A DNA stretch of 63,343 bases, the filler included, from Blastocystis sp. subtype 4 (taxonomy: Eukaryota), in assembly GCF_000743755.1 (NCBI RefSeq). It is 45 parts of 45 records of this genome, joined end to end, with 100 filler letters (N's around TTAATTAATTAA, not from the genome) between each part and the next. Parts side by side here need not be neighbours in the genome. Positions count along the whole stretch, not along the records: positions 1 to 1,370 come from NW_014568697.1; positions 1,471 to 2,815 come from NW_014568696.1; positions 2,916 to 4,259 come from NW_014568695.1; positions 4,360 to 5,702 come from NW_014568694.1; positions 5,803 to 7,167 come from NW_014568693.1; positions 7,268 to 8,663 come from NW_014568692.1; positions 8,764 to 10,101 come from NW_014568691.1; positions 10,202 to 11,568 come from NW_014568690.1; 37 more parts are not named here. The stretch is one strand, 5' to 3'. Positions 1-11,668 of this stretch are shown here, in pieces. How positions within the stretch are numbered: the stretch's first letter is position 1; every line of letters starts with the position of its first letter. The notes beneath the pieces are model-generated. The model was not told the origin of the DNA, did not search any database, and was given only the letters and a program-made list of their open reading frames with translations. The translations under genes were made by a program, and so were the position numbers.

Positions 1-133
1 GATATCTGTGGTAATGTCTCCAAGATCATTAGAAGCACGAATCCGAACAGACAAATAGAAAGGAGAATCAGGTATTCCAGAAATCACTCCATTGGATGAA
101 TTGAGAGTGAAAGTGTTGGGAAGGAAACCACTA

Positions 134-1370
134 TCAAGAGAATAGAATGGATTGTCTCCTGTGATTGATGGAGTTGTAGAGAACATGGTACCAACACCAA
201 TGTGATAAAGAGACTGAGGATATGAAAATGAAGACAATGAGAGCATTACAGTGAAGTGAAGTGTGAAGAATACTGTTGATACAACATTCATAGCTCGAAG
301 AGTCAGTGTTTGGTTTGTCACAGATTGAATTATTCATATTCAAACCAAGAGGAAGAGAACCATTAACCACTGTCACAGATGGACTGTTACCACTGAGAGA
401 AGGAGATATGGAGAAATACACATTTCTGTTCAAGAGATAATGAGTTTGATTATAGGTGAAAGAGACAGGAGAGAGAACAATGATACTGATGGATACTGTG
501 ACAACACCAGCTTGATTCTGAGCATAGATTTGATAGGAAGTCAGAGGACTCTCTGATGTTGGAATACCAGAGATTTCTCCATTCGTTTCATTCAGGAATA
601 ATCCAGCAGGAAGAGATGCAGATCTCAGGAACCAATTCTCAACAATGTTGGTATACGATGGAGTTCCTGTGGAACATAACACTCCAACAACGAATTGGAA
701 GACTTGATTTGAATAGTGAACATTCTCAGGGAATGAAATGGTACATTGATCAGAATGAATCTCACTGAGAGATCCCGAAACACATTCTCGATATCTGTAT
801 CCTCTGTAACCATAAGGACAACGAGCAACTGAGATTTCACCATTCTTAACAGCAGGAAACTCATTCACTCCTGGACAGATATCTCCCATTGGCTTGCAAT
901 AAGCCATATGAATGGAATCGATTGGGAATGAGGATGAAACTGTTGTTTCCCATCGATACTTCTGAAATCCAATCAATCCAATAGGCATCGAAATCTGAGG
1001 TTTGGTTCGATTATTCAGTGTATATGAAGAAATGTCTCTGACAGTGATTCGACTTGCTACAAAGTCAGTGGAACTGTGATAACCAAAGAGAATGAAACCA
1101 AAAGAAGACACTTGGGATCCTGTCAGAATGTTGAATGAGTTCCATTTTTCCTTCCAGATTCTCAACAGCCCATTCAATATAGGTTCCAATCGTGTTTAGG
1201 AATTGGCCTGTTGTATAAGGATCCAGATCCATGATATCATGAATATCACCAGATAGAAGAGATGTTGAATCTAGTTGAATGAAAGAATCAACAACAGTAG
1301 AACAGTCTTCAACTCATCAAACACAACAGGATCAGAAGAAGAACCACTCAAAGGACGATGAATCTCGAAA
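134..1370 (-). pseudogene. Ig-like (He_PIG) surface protein family fragment, disrupted
   Basis: LPAGLFLNETNGEISGIP Ig motif and CPYGYRGYRYREC segment, homologous to 52740-53929; frame breaks near 1190 and near 330. Confidence 0.7.
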
Positions 1371-1470
1371 NNNNNNNNNNNNNNNNNNNNNNNNNNNNNN
1401 NNNNNNNNNNNNNNTTAATTAATTAANNNNNNNNNNNNNNNNNNNNNNNNNNNNNNNNNNNNNNNNNNNN
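1371..1470. other. Artificial contig spacer N44-TTAATTAATTAA-N44 (first of 44 copies)
   Basis: The same 100-nt block recurs every 1.3-1.5 kb; TTAATTAATTAA gives stops in all six frames. Confidence 0.99.
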
Positions 1471-2815
1471 TGGAATGATGAGGGTATTGAAGAGAGTGAA
1501 GAGGAGAGTGAGGAGATGGAGATGAGTGTTGAGGAAGAAGAAGAGAGTGAAGAAGACGAGGAGGAGGAGGAAAAGGAAAAGAAGGAGGAAAAGGAAAAGA
1601 AGGAGAAGGAGGAAGAGAAGGAGGAAGAGAAGGAGGAAGAGAAGAACAATGAAGATGACAATGAAGAAACTTCTTCAAGTGAAGATGAATGGGAGATTGG
1701 AGTACTTCTTATCCTCATCTCTGATTTTTAGTTAACAGAAGAACAACGAGAAGCAATGAAACGAGAAGATGAAGCGATTGCACACATCATTCGAATGAGA
1801 CAAGAACAAGGACGTCTTCGTAAGACAGGTAATACTGAACTCCTGAATTATAAATCCCGTGTCATCGATCTGATTGAAACATTCCTAACTAAACAACCTA
1901 CACACAGTGTGACTGCCTTCCTGGTTGTATCACTTGCTGAAGTAGCCGAGACTCAATTGGTAGAGATGAAAGAGAGAGATGATATGTAGCATGAGAAGAA
2001 TGAATTAACACTCAGTGGACGAGTGATGAATATTTTGAAGAATAAGGTGACTAAGAATTGTATGATTCCTCTGGAAGTCGTCCACAACCAGAGTTCAATG
2101 AACGACCTAATGACTCGTTTAGTTCAGTTGAGTAAGCAAGTGCCTCTGGCTGACCCAATTCGACGCAAACAAATCTTACTGTGTAACGCTTCTTGTCTAT
2201 GTCTCTTCTTGAAGTCTCTCCAGCATCATGCTGTCAATTCTAAGAATACAGCAAAGGATCTGGAAGTAGCTCGAACACTGATCACAGATACAGTAGGAAA
2301 CGCTCTTGAAGACTTCTTGGAGAAGCGGTCTCATCTCAGCCAAGCCTTCTTCGAGACCATGTTCAGTCGTTATCCTCTTCTCTGTGTCACATTTGTGCCT
2401 ATGCTACAGAAACAGATCATTGAAGGGAACAGCAACAATTACAAGCGATTGGAACTGGTATCGTTACTCACTTGTCTGATCCAGAATGCTCGCAGTGCTG
2501 TGTTCACTATGACAGTTCCTGCCCTTCTTAATTACAAGAATCAGTTGAGTCTGGTGAAGACATGGGCACAGGATAAGTTGGAGAATCGTGAGAAAGAAGG
2601 ATATGAGGACTTTAGGAAACAACCAAGACGCAAAACTCTGAATGCATATTGCAAGGCCTATGAGACTCTGATTAGTACACCTGTCGACAAGACTACCAAA
2701 ACACGTCCTCATAAAGAAGGAAAAACAGAGAAGAAACGAACTATCCAAAGTAAAGAGGGAAAGAAGAATTCTGGAAATGGAAAGAAGGGACTATTGAATG
2801 GAGAGAAGAAGGAAC
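1471..2815 (+). CDS. MYBBP1A / Pol5 (DNA polymerase phi family) nucleolar protein, C-terminal part
   Basis: Acidic tract followed by EDEAIAHII...YKSRVIDLIETFLTKQP and a Lys-rich tail; two 30-nt GT-AG introns (1702-1731, 1960-1989) join three same-frame ORFs. Confidence 0.7.
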
Positions 2816-2915
2816 NNNNNNNNNNNNNNNNNNNNNNNNNNNNNNNNNNNNNNNNNNNNTTAATTAATTAANNNNNNNNNNNNNNNNNNNNNNNNNNNNN
2901 NNNNNNNNNNNNNNN

Positions 2916-4259
2916 AGTGGAATCATCGAAACTGACAGTATTCCAATCACTTGACACATCACTCTGTATCACCTTCCAATCTGTGTATTCAATCTGGAAA
3001 GGGAAATATGTTGAAAACACACTTGATACATAGATAGGTGAATAATTCTGACCATTCATTGTCATGATATCCAACTCCATTTCTCCATAATCAACAGTCA
3101 GAGTGTAACCACTTCCAGTCTGCCATCCATCTCCAAATGAATCAGCTCCTTGGAATGTGTAGATTCCATCATTCAAACAGAAATCAACATAGAAATAAGC
3201 ACTCGATACAGGGAATTTGTCTACAGATCTCAATACAGTTCCTGAGGTTCCTCTTCCTTCATACAATTTCCATGAGTTCTCATCTTTATTAGCGTCAGCT
3301 CTGATACGAACAGTCATCAATCCCTTGCCTCCAGTACATATTGAAACTGATAGAGAGATAGAATCAGTCACATCTCCTCCAGTCATCTTAGTAGCAGTGA
3401 TGGTGTAAGTTTGAGCACTACTCTCAACAGTGGCAGTACCTGAAATCCAACCAGTATGAGGATCCAACACAATACCAGCAGGAAGAGAAGGATTGATTCT
3501 GAAGTTCATATAACCATCTCCATTCTCAGGAATCACTTCAGACATCTCAACATTCTTGAATACAGTGACTGAAGAATCATAAGTGAAGTTAGGAATATCA
3601 ACCAACACATTATCAGCAAACAGATCCAGAGATTGAACTCTCCAATCACAAGAAGAAGGATTACCAGTACCAAAGTTCTCAAACTTGAATTGATTGTAAG
3701 GAGTATTGTTAGAGAAATAGATCTTATTCTTCTGACCAGGAGTTGAATAAGTGAGACCAGTGACTTCCTTCAGAAGTGTCCACTCATCTGTTCCCAAGTT
3801 ACGACCATACAAATTGAATTGGGTCGTCTCTTGGCCAATATAGATTGATGATGAAGAATAATAGTTCTGAATCTGAACAGAACTGATCCATTCACGACGA
3901 TTGTTTGATAGAGTCACTATGAAAGTATTTTCAGTGCAGGTTGAATAATAAATGGCACTTCCATAATACATATCGAAAGGACTTGTTGTAGTTCGAATTA
4001 GTCCAGTAGCTGTAATAGTGTATTCCCAGATATGAGATTCAGATTGTTCTGATGACATCAAACGAACCATTGCATCGAAATAGGATGTGGTGTAACTGTC
4101 AGTAATAGCAACAATCGCAACGCAATAGCAATCGTGTTACTTCCAGATTCAAGGAATGTAACTGGACTCGTTACTGTTGAAGTTTGCATTTGTTTACCTG
4201 GAAGAGTCACAACATAGTACTTCAAATCAGTATATGAATTGTCAACAGTGGATGAAGTG
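2916..4259 (-). CDS. Ig-like surface protein family, segment B (discoidin/galactose-binding-like domain + He_PIG Ig domain), fragment
   Basis: NNRREWISSVQIQN, PSLPAGIVLDPHTGWISGTAT, DSFGDGW; small indel near 4120. Confidence 0.8.
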
Positions 4260-4359
4260 NNNNNNNNNNNNNNNNNNNNNNNNNNNNNNNNNNNNNNNNN
4301 NNNTTAATTAATTAANNNNNNNNNNNNNNNNNNNNNNNNNNNNNNNNNNNNNNNNNNNN

Positions 4360-5702
4360 AATATGGAATTGTTGCTTATCTGAATGGAGTTGAAGTGTAT
4401 CGAGATAACATGTCTGATGGACAACCATCAATTGATACTCTCGCTACTGCCAGTTACATTTCCTCTGATTATCATGGAGTCATTCGTCCTGCTTCTGATG
4501 TGAGTGAATCGAATGTGTTGTCTGTTGAAGTCCATTTCACAGATTCAAATCATGAAGAGATCATTCAATTCAATGGATTCTTATCTCTATTGGCTGGAAT
4601 GAACTCAACCAACAATTGCTTCGTTTATCCTTATACCACGGTCTCTGCTTCTACTGGTTTTACTAATCCTGATTATTCTGTCACTTGGACCCGAACTTCT
4701 TCTGCTTCTGCTTCCACATCTTCTCTTCCTGCCACCATCACCTATGGCTTCTCTGGATCTACTAAACCTATGATCAATTCTATGCGTATCTGGCCATATT
4801 CCAGTGCTTCTATGAATGTCCGTTCTTTCACATTAGAAGGATCTATGTCAACTACATCATCCTGGGAAATGATTTCTTCAGTCTCTGATGCTGAATACAC
4901 TGGTTATCAGTGGCAACAGTGGGATAGAGTGCAATTGGCTCCGCAGTATTCATTACTGAGATTTAGAGCTCAATCCGCTCAGTCTATATCTGCTTATCTT
5001 TATGAGATTCAGTTCATGATCTGTAATCGTCAGATTCCTTCAGTGATCGATTATCAAGAGGCATCATACTCATATATGCAATACTATGATTATGTCAGTA
5101 TTATTCCTCAATCCTATGGATACTATGGTTGTTCAATCTCACCTTCTCTTCCTGATGGAGTGAGTATTGATCCTGATTCCTGTATTATCTCCGGACGATC
5201 CAATGTGGTTTCTCCAATGACTTCCTATCAAGTAACGGCTCAGATGGAAACAACTCAAAGTCAAGCCACAATTAGTCTTGCTTTCATGGAATGTGCTGGT
5301 ACTTATTACAAGATTGTTCGAACATACAAGACCAGTCCTCAGAGTGAATTCTTCAGAATTCGTGATTCATCCAATGATAACATTGTGTATCAGATTCAAT
5401 CTGGTCATTCTCATCCTGCCAGTCAAGATTGGACTCATTATCTCTGTATCACTGTTGATCGATTTGATGTGATTTTTGATTCCACTTCCACCTACTGGAC
5501 TTCCGATTCTTATTTCTATATGTATTCTCTGTTACCTGATGGTGAAGAGGAGATGGTTCTGAAAGGACGATATGATTCTTTTGAGGGTAATGAACACGAT
5601 ATATATCTTCGTCGTCCTTCTATCAATCATTCAGAACAATGGTATTATAAGATGGGTGAAGTGCCTACCAATTGGTTTGGTGATGATACATCAGGTTGGT
5701 CT
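4360..5702 (+). CDS. Ig-like surface protein family, segment A, fragment
   Basis: YLNGVEVYRDNM, PSLPDGVSIDPDSCIISG, EQWYYKMGEVPTNWFGDD; open across the contig. Confidence 0.8.
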
Positions 5703-5802
5703 NNNNNNNNNNNNNNNNNNNNNNNNNNNNNNNNNNNNNNNNNNNNTTAATTAATTAANNNNNNNNNNNNNNNNNNNNNNNNNNNNNNNNNNNNNNNNNN
5801 NN

Positions 5803-6186
5803 GAATCGAAAGGATTATGGGAAGAGTATTCAGAGAACAACGAGTCTCTTGTTCGAGCCTTATGTGAAGGACGAGTGAATGAGTTGAAGAATCTGTTTGA
5901 AGTGAAGTTGGAGATTATGCATACAATAAGCGAGTGTTCTGGTTCTCAAATTGTACCTGATGCTTTGTATAAGGTGATGAAAGCAACGAATGATCTGGAA
6001 GGAGTTGTGGGTTGTATTGTAGCTGGAGCAGGTGGATTTGATTCGTTTTATTGTCTCTATGATGACAGAAAGACACAAAGAAAGGCATTTGAAGCTTTGT
6101 GGAATCAGTGTGATTGTTCAGTTTCATCAATTCGAGACAATTCACAAGGACTTCAAATCACTTCTAGTGAAATGAATTGTGGTTAG
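5803..6186 (+). CDS. Phosphomevalonate kinase (ERG8-type GHMP kinase), C-terminal part
   Basis: GVVGCIVAGAGGFDS matches the GHMP C-terminal motif of ERG8-type enzymes. Confidence 0.7.
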   Translation, partial: ESKGLWEEYSENNESLVRALCEGRVNELKNLFEVKLEIMHTISECSGSQIVPDALYKVMKATNDLEGVVGCIVAGAGGFDSFYCLYDDRKTQRKAFEALWNQCDCSVSSIRDNSQGLQITSSEMNCG

Positions 6187-6900
6187 ATGATTTTGTTACA
6201 AACAGACCAATCATAAGCATTAGCAACAAAACGACCCTTATAACGACTCTTAAGACGAGCACTTGACTGCATCTGCTTATAGCGAACAGTTTTGCTATTC
6301 AAGTAACTTATAAGACCAAGTTCACGCTTCTTCTTCACAATCATCATACGTCGAAGGCGTCTATAGATAAACACAAACCAACAACACTCACCTCTGCTTA
6401 CATGTCATTGATGAAACGTTGCATAGGTTTGATAACAGACTGAAATCCATTGTCCAGGATAACACTCTGTTCAGATTCACAGGTTCAGAAGATATACTGA
6501 CGTCTAACGAGTCAGTTGTCTCTGAAGAAACAAGTGGAGTAACTACAGCAACCGGATTGGTTGATGGAATGGAAATATTCGGTACTGTAAGTTCATTACT
6601 TGTTTCAATAGTCTCAAGATCCGTAATATCTGATGAATATTGAGGTGAGTCTGGTAATTCCAAAGAAGGAACTTTCAGAACATCATCACTCATATCAGAA
6701 ACTGGGTCTGGATAATCACTTATATCAATAATTGGATCAGAGAATGAACAATCACGAGTAGAATCAATAGTCTGGTAAACATTACACAAGGGAGACTCAA
6801 CTAGACTACGGTACTCGTTCTCGTAAGGTTCGGTCAAAAACACCCGTCGAACTCAATTCGCCAAACAGGTCGTTTTCGCTCTCATAGATAGTATTCGTAC
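6183..6900 (-). CDS. CCT-motif protein (acidic Ser/Pro-rich region followed by a basic CCT-like C-terminus); 5' end uncertain
   Basis: A 31-nt intron (6361-6391) joins two ORFs into KQRRLRRMMIVKKKRELG...KTVRYKQMQSSARLKSRYKGRFV, resembling the CCT consensus K.IRY..RK..A..RPR.KGRF. Confidence 0.65.
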
Positions 6901-7267
6901 AGAAATCCAACATCTCTGATCTTAGGACCAAAAAGAATGTGTCATCATGTTCGTTAGTTACAATCATCACAGTTTTCTTCTGCCACCGGGGATGAAAAAC
7001 CGTGAATATCGTCTTGAAAGAATCGCGGTTATAATGAGTATTCTTCAATGTCCCCTTTGAGGTGGATAAAAACTATCAATAATTGGTCTATTACCATTTA
7101 CAGAAGGAAATATGGTCATCGACATAAAATGACTTCACATCTAGTATTCATCCAATCAAAGACTGGANNNNNNNNNNNNNNNNNNNNNNNNNNNNNNNNN
7201 NNNNNNNNNNNTTAATTAATTAANNNNNNNNNNNNNNNNNNNNNNNNNNNNNNNNNNNNNNNNNNNN

Positions 7268-8060
7268 ATTGAGCTTACAGAACTAAGGAACACCCTTCAT
7301 GAATGATTTCCATGTAAAGAGTGTTGAAATGGCTGATTCAACAAAACATGAAGAAGGAAATGCAGTAATTCTGTTTTCAGGAAACATGAAGGATACAAGA
7401 TGAAAGTGAATTTGAAGAAAGGAATAAAGGGAAGAGAGTGATCTATCGAGAGAATAACACAGTGTTTATGAAACCCTGATTTGTGAATGATATAGCAGAA
7501 GGAGAGTTCACAGAAAGGGATAGATAGGACTGTGATAAGGAAAGAATGTTTGTATGAAAAGAGAGGTCTATTTATCGAATTGGATGATAAAGAAGTGGAA
7601 TTGAGTCATTGTTTCTATGGGAACAGAATCTTGGTAAGTGTTTTGAAGAAGAGTGAACAAATCGATGCAAATGGAATACTCTTTCCATATCCCAATACAT
7701 TGCTGATCGAAAACATAAGAAGGAATCTGTTATTAGTATGAGAATGGTGTATGTTTGAAGAAGTATCGATATAAGAATGATGAAAGATTGTTACTGATAT
7801 ACGAGTTCAAAGGAGACGAAATGATTGAATATGATGATAAGAGGAAACGAGTATATCAAGGATAATATGTATTAGACAAGACTATGGGTTTTGTTAGGAA
7901 TGGTGAAGGGAGTGATGGTGAATCTGCTTTGTATATTGGTCATTTTGAAATGGAATGAGAAGTGGTGAAAGGAGCTTGTATTGTGATGGATATCAACAGT
8001 ATATTGGTGAATGATCAAGGAAAGGAGTATGATAAGAATGGAAATGTAATGAAATAGCAA
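7268..8060 (+). pseudogene. Degenerate N-terminal (MORN-like) part of an LRR-family gene
   Basis: Fragments such as EMIEYDDKRKRVYQG and GFVRNGEG with stops and frameshifts; similar in style to 56741 onward. Confidence 0.4.
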
Positions 8061-8585
8061 ACTTGAATAATGAGAACAACAATGATCCTTGCAAGACTAC
8101 TGTCTTTGTTTTGGGTATAGTTCTCTTGATCTTTGTTTATACCCATAACGATTATTATGTGGAGCTGATCATTTGTTTCCTTCTACAACTGACTAACTTG
8201 GCAATTTGGTATTTCTTAGGTAGTATATTATATGGAAGCATGTCAATAAGTGATTTGCCAAGTTGTTATACTCATATGCATTGTACATTTGCTCATATTT
8301 GAATTGCATAGTATATAACGGAGGAGATAGTTACTAATCAAACAGACTGATAATGATTTGGCATTTCTGTTAACGATAAAGCCACTTTGACAGTTTGGTG
8401 AGTGGATAACATAATGATTACTAATTCATTACATCGATAGTGTATTCTTATCTATCATGAAGTTCCTCTATTCATTCCTTATGAAAACAGGTTTAACTGA
8501 ATGGAATGGAGTTGTGTATTATGTTGGTAATGATGTGAGGATAAGAATGTGTTATTGAAAAGGATTAGTGAAAGAAATGAAAACA

Positions 8586-8663
8586 AGAACGGTCATATCT
8601 AGTGGAAAGCGCCCTAACCCGTCTGATCTAGGAAGCTAAGTCATTACGAGTTGAGTTAGTACC
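8586..8663 (+). rRNA. 5S rRNA, 5' two-thirds, truncated by contig end
   Basis: ACGGTCATATC...AAAGCGCCCTAACCCGTCTGATCTAGGAAGCTAAG...GTTAGTAC follows the eukaryotic 5S pattern; TAGTGG/TCATTA and CCTA/TAGG can pair. Confidence 0.85.
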
Positions 8664-8763
8664 NNNNNNNNNNNNNNNNNNNNNNNNNNNNNNNNNNNNN
8701 NNNNNNNTTAATTAATTAANNNNNNNNNNNNNNNNNNNNNNNNNNNNNNNNNNNNNNNNNNNN

Positions 8764-9549
8764 TAGTTGTGTTGAATCTCTGATTATTGATGATCATTTC
8801 AATCCTGATATATCATCATTGATATTGAACTATTCATTGATATCATTGAAACGAATTGACATAGGAAATCGTTGTTTTGATAAAGTGACTCGATTTGAGA
8901 TTGATGGATTGAATGAATTGAAGACTATCAGCATTGGAAGCGATAGTTTCAATTGTATTAGTCCCATTAGAAAACGTATGAATTGTTTGATAATGAATTG
9001 TGATCGATTAAGTGTTATTCACATAGGAGATCATTCACTCTATTACTATAAATCATTTGAATTGAAGAATCTTCCTTCTCTCCTTTCCATTCAATTGGAT
9101 AATGATGCATTCTGTTTTTGTCATTGGATAGTATTTGAGAGTATGAATGATTGAATGAATGATGAGTGAGATCTGATTCGACTTCAATCCATCACTCTTC
9201 GATATGAGACATTTTTTGGTTATTCTAGGACTATTGAATCAAATGAATTGATAATGAAGAGTATGAATGATACTGATGATTGATTGATGAGATCTCCCTT
9301 CTCTATCTACATTCAAAGGATATGGTAACAATTTCTGGGGTATAGGCAAAGTGCAATTGGATAGTAATGATTGATGATTGAATTTGAACTAGACATTCCA
9401 TCACTCACTGAAGATGGAATAAAAATGAATGGATCTGCATTCTTCTGTGTGGGAAAATTGGATAGTTCGAGTATGATTGATTGATTGATAAAGAATGAGA
9501 TGCTGATTCTCTTGATCAATTCATTCGACGAAAAAGTTGCAAGCTATGA
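8764..9549 (+). CDS. LRR protein family 1 (BspA-like), C-terminal part
   Basis: LKRIDIGNRCF and NLPSLLSIQL repeats; introns 9141-9170, 9261-9291, 9364-9392, 9471-9499; stop at 9547-9549. Confidence 0.75.
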
Positions 9550-10029
9550 ATGCATTAATCATTCTCCAATCTCAGATCCTTTTAGTGTCATTCTGCTATC
9601 CTCATGAATCAGCTGCTAGTTGTTAATTATATACTAATGAATTCATCCTCTTTGTCTATGATCAATCACAGTCTTATCACCCACACTCCATAAACATAGT
9701 ACTGAGTTGTTACATATCATTCGATTACTGTCAAAAGAATAAGTGGCTTGATTCATAACTGGCTAAGGTATGAGAATAATTGATCAACAGAATCACTGTC
9801 TTCCCAGAAATTTCTTCTTATTCGGTCAAAATACCTAATATAACCATTATATCATTGAAGTTGATCTTTTAGGCTAGTTTTAGTTGAAATAATGAAAATA
9901 ACGTAATAGGATCAAAATAGGAAGATTGATACCTGTTCAAAATAGGGATTAAAGGTGGTTATATTGATGAAGGTCCCATTAGTTTCAAGACCCCAAATTC
10001 TGTTGTTCCCACAAATAACTAGGCTACGA

Positions 10030-10101
10030 ATGGCTTTTGTTGCTCCTGCTGAACACGACGAGGTTGTCTGTGCCCTCGCTACTCTCTTGCTTGCTGATGG
10101 T
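10030..10101 (+). CDS. RPLP1: 60S acidic ribosomal protein P1, N-terminus
   Basis: MAFVAPAEHDEVVCALATLLLADG resembles the P1 N-terminal ELAC.YAALIL.D motif. Confidence 0.65.
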
Positions 10102-10201
10102 NNNNNNNNNNNNNNNNNNNNNNNNNNNNNNNNNNNNNNNNNNNNTTAATTAATTAANNNNNNNNNNNNNNNNNNNNNNNNNNNNNNNNNNNNNNNNNNN
10201 N

Positions 10202-10309
10202 CCAGATTCCGTCAAGAGAGATTAGGAGATGATAAGATGAGAGAATTGAGGAAAGAACTGATGAAAGAGATTGAAAGAAGAAATGGAATTGTGATATCTC
10301 CTGTTTGTT
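10202..10309 (+). CDS. 3' end of a DUF1647-like gene (paralogue of 55385-56072) with its GU-rich element
   Basis: RFRQE...LMKEIERRNGIVI followed by T-CTCC-TGTTTGTT. Confidence 0.7.
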
Positions 10310-10426
10310 ATCAATGAATGAAGATGATTTGATGTGAGTATGTTGAACAACTCCATTGTATTCAAACAATCATATCAAAAGAAGAATGTTGTTTCATTAA
10401 ACCATTCCAAAGAATCTGCAATACTA

Positions 10427-11222
10427 TCAAAATCTTCGATTCCGTTGAATCTTTGGAAACAATTGTTTCCAGACTCTATCATTGTGTTGTTTTATCGTTT
10501 CACGATATTGTAGATTGCATTCAAATACACTACTATAGTTTGTTGTTCTCATGAGTCTGGCTAGATGATTGTAGTCATTGAATTGAATAGAACAGGGACC
10601 AATACTCAACTGCTCTGATACTTCGATCCTCAGGAGAATAAGGATGAGTTGTGTTTGGATGACAAGGTAACTCATTGGCTCGAGTCCAACAATACTGAAT
10701 ATCATTATTCCTAGCATCAAATCCAATGTTCTCTCTAGCCATCATCCTAGGAGAAGGAACAAAAAGAGGAATAGCTGTAGTGATTAGATCAGCAATGTAA
10801 TAGGATAACATGGCATAAGGAAAGAGAATAGCTGCTTTGAATCGATTGATATCATTCAACTCAAAGGATCTACGAATGATTTCCTGAATTCGAAGAATTG
10901 AACAATTGAATCCATATGATTGACAAGCTGCAGTATCATTGGATCCATACTTAGGTCTTCTTTTGAATATTTGAAAGGAGCAAAGAGATAATGATTGTAT
11001 TCAGATTGATATACTGTTGGAGGTTCATATCCAAAAACACTTGAAGCAATGATATAGGGAACATGCTTTCCAGAATAGTAATTGATATACTCAGCATTAT
11101 ATCTCCCTTCTGCCATCACAATCACAGGAGTATCTGGCTTTTCAAACATCCACTTATAGAGACTATGATTATCTCTTTCATTACATCATTTTGATGGTAA
11201 AACGATGTGCTGGAATGAATAT
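10427..11222 (-). pseudogene. Disrupted paralogue of the glycosyltransferase-like gene at 26218
   Basis: MFEKPDTPVIVMA and INRFKAAILFPYAMLSYY nearly identical to that gene, but split over three frames with deletions. Confidence 0.75.
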
Positions 11223-11668
11223 CTGGAGTGAAGAAGAGAAGATGACTTGATGATCGATGAATAATATGTACTGAAAACTCAGTTCATCATTACACTTTTG
11301 AAATCCTAACGATATCCATAGATAGAGATAGGATATGAATAGGAATAGAAACAGAATTGGAAAGAATGAAACATGAACTCTAATGAAAGATGATAGGTCT
11401 GAATAATCGCATCAACTGATACACCTCTATTACTAATGATTGTTATGTATTTCATATTAATAAACAAATAGTACTAAAACTGATTACATGATCTTGTTGT
11501 GAGATTGAAATGAATAGCAGGAGAATGAGTGACTCGATAGATTCGTTGATGAATAGAACTACTCAAAGNNNNNNNNNNNNNNNNNNNNNNNNNNNNNNNN
11601 NNNNNNNNNNNNTTAATTAATTAANNNNNNNNNNNNNNNNNNNNNNNNNNNNNNNNNNNNNNNNNNNN

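Noticed and set aside
1415..1735. Ser/Phe-, Pro- and Arg-rich ORFs
   Set aside because: Alternative-frame shadows of the Glu/Lys tract of the MYBBP1A-like gene
9141..9154. Conserved C-terminus FESMND* of LRR proteins
   Set aside because: It is translation into a conserved intron (GTATGAATGATTGA); the genes continue after splicing
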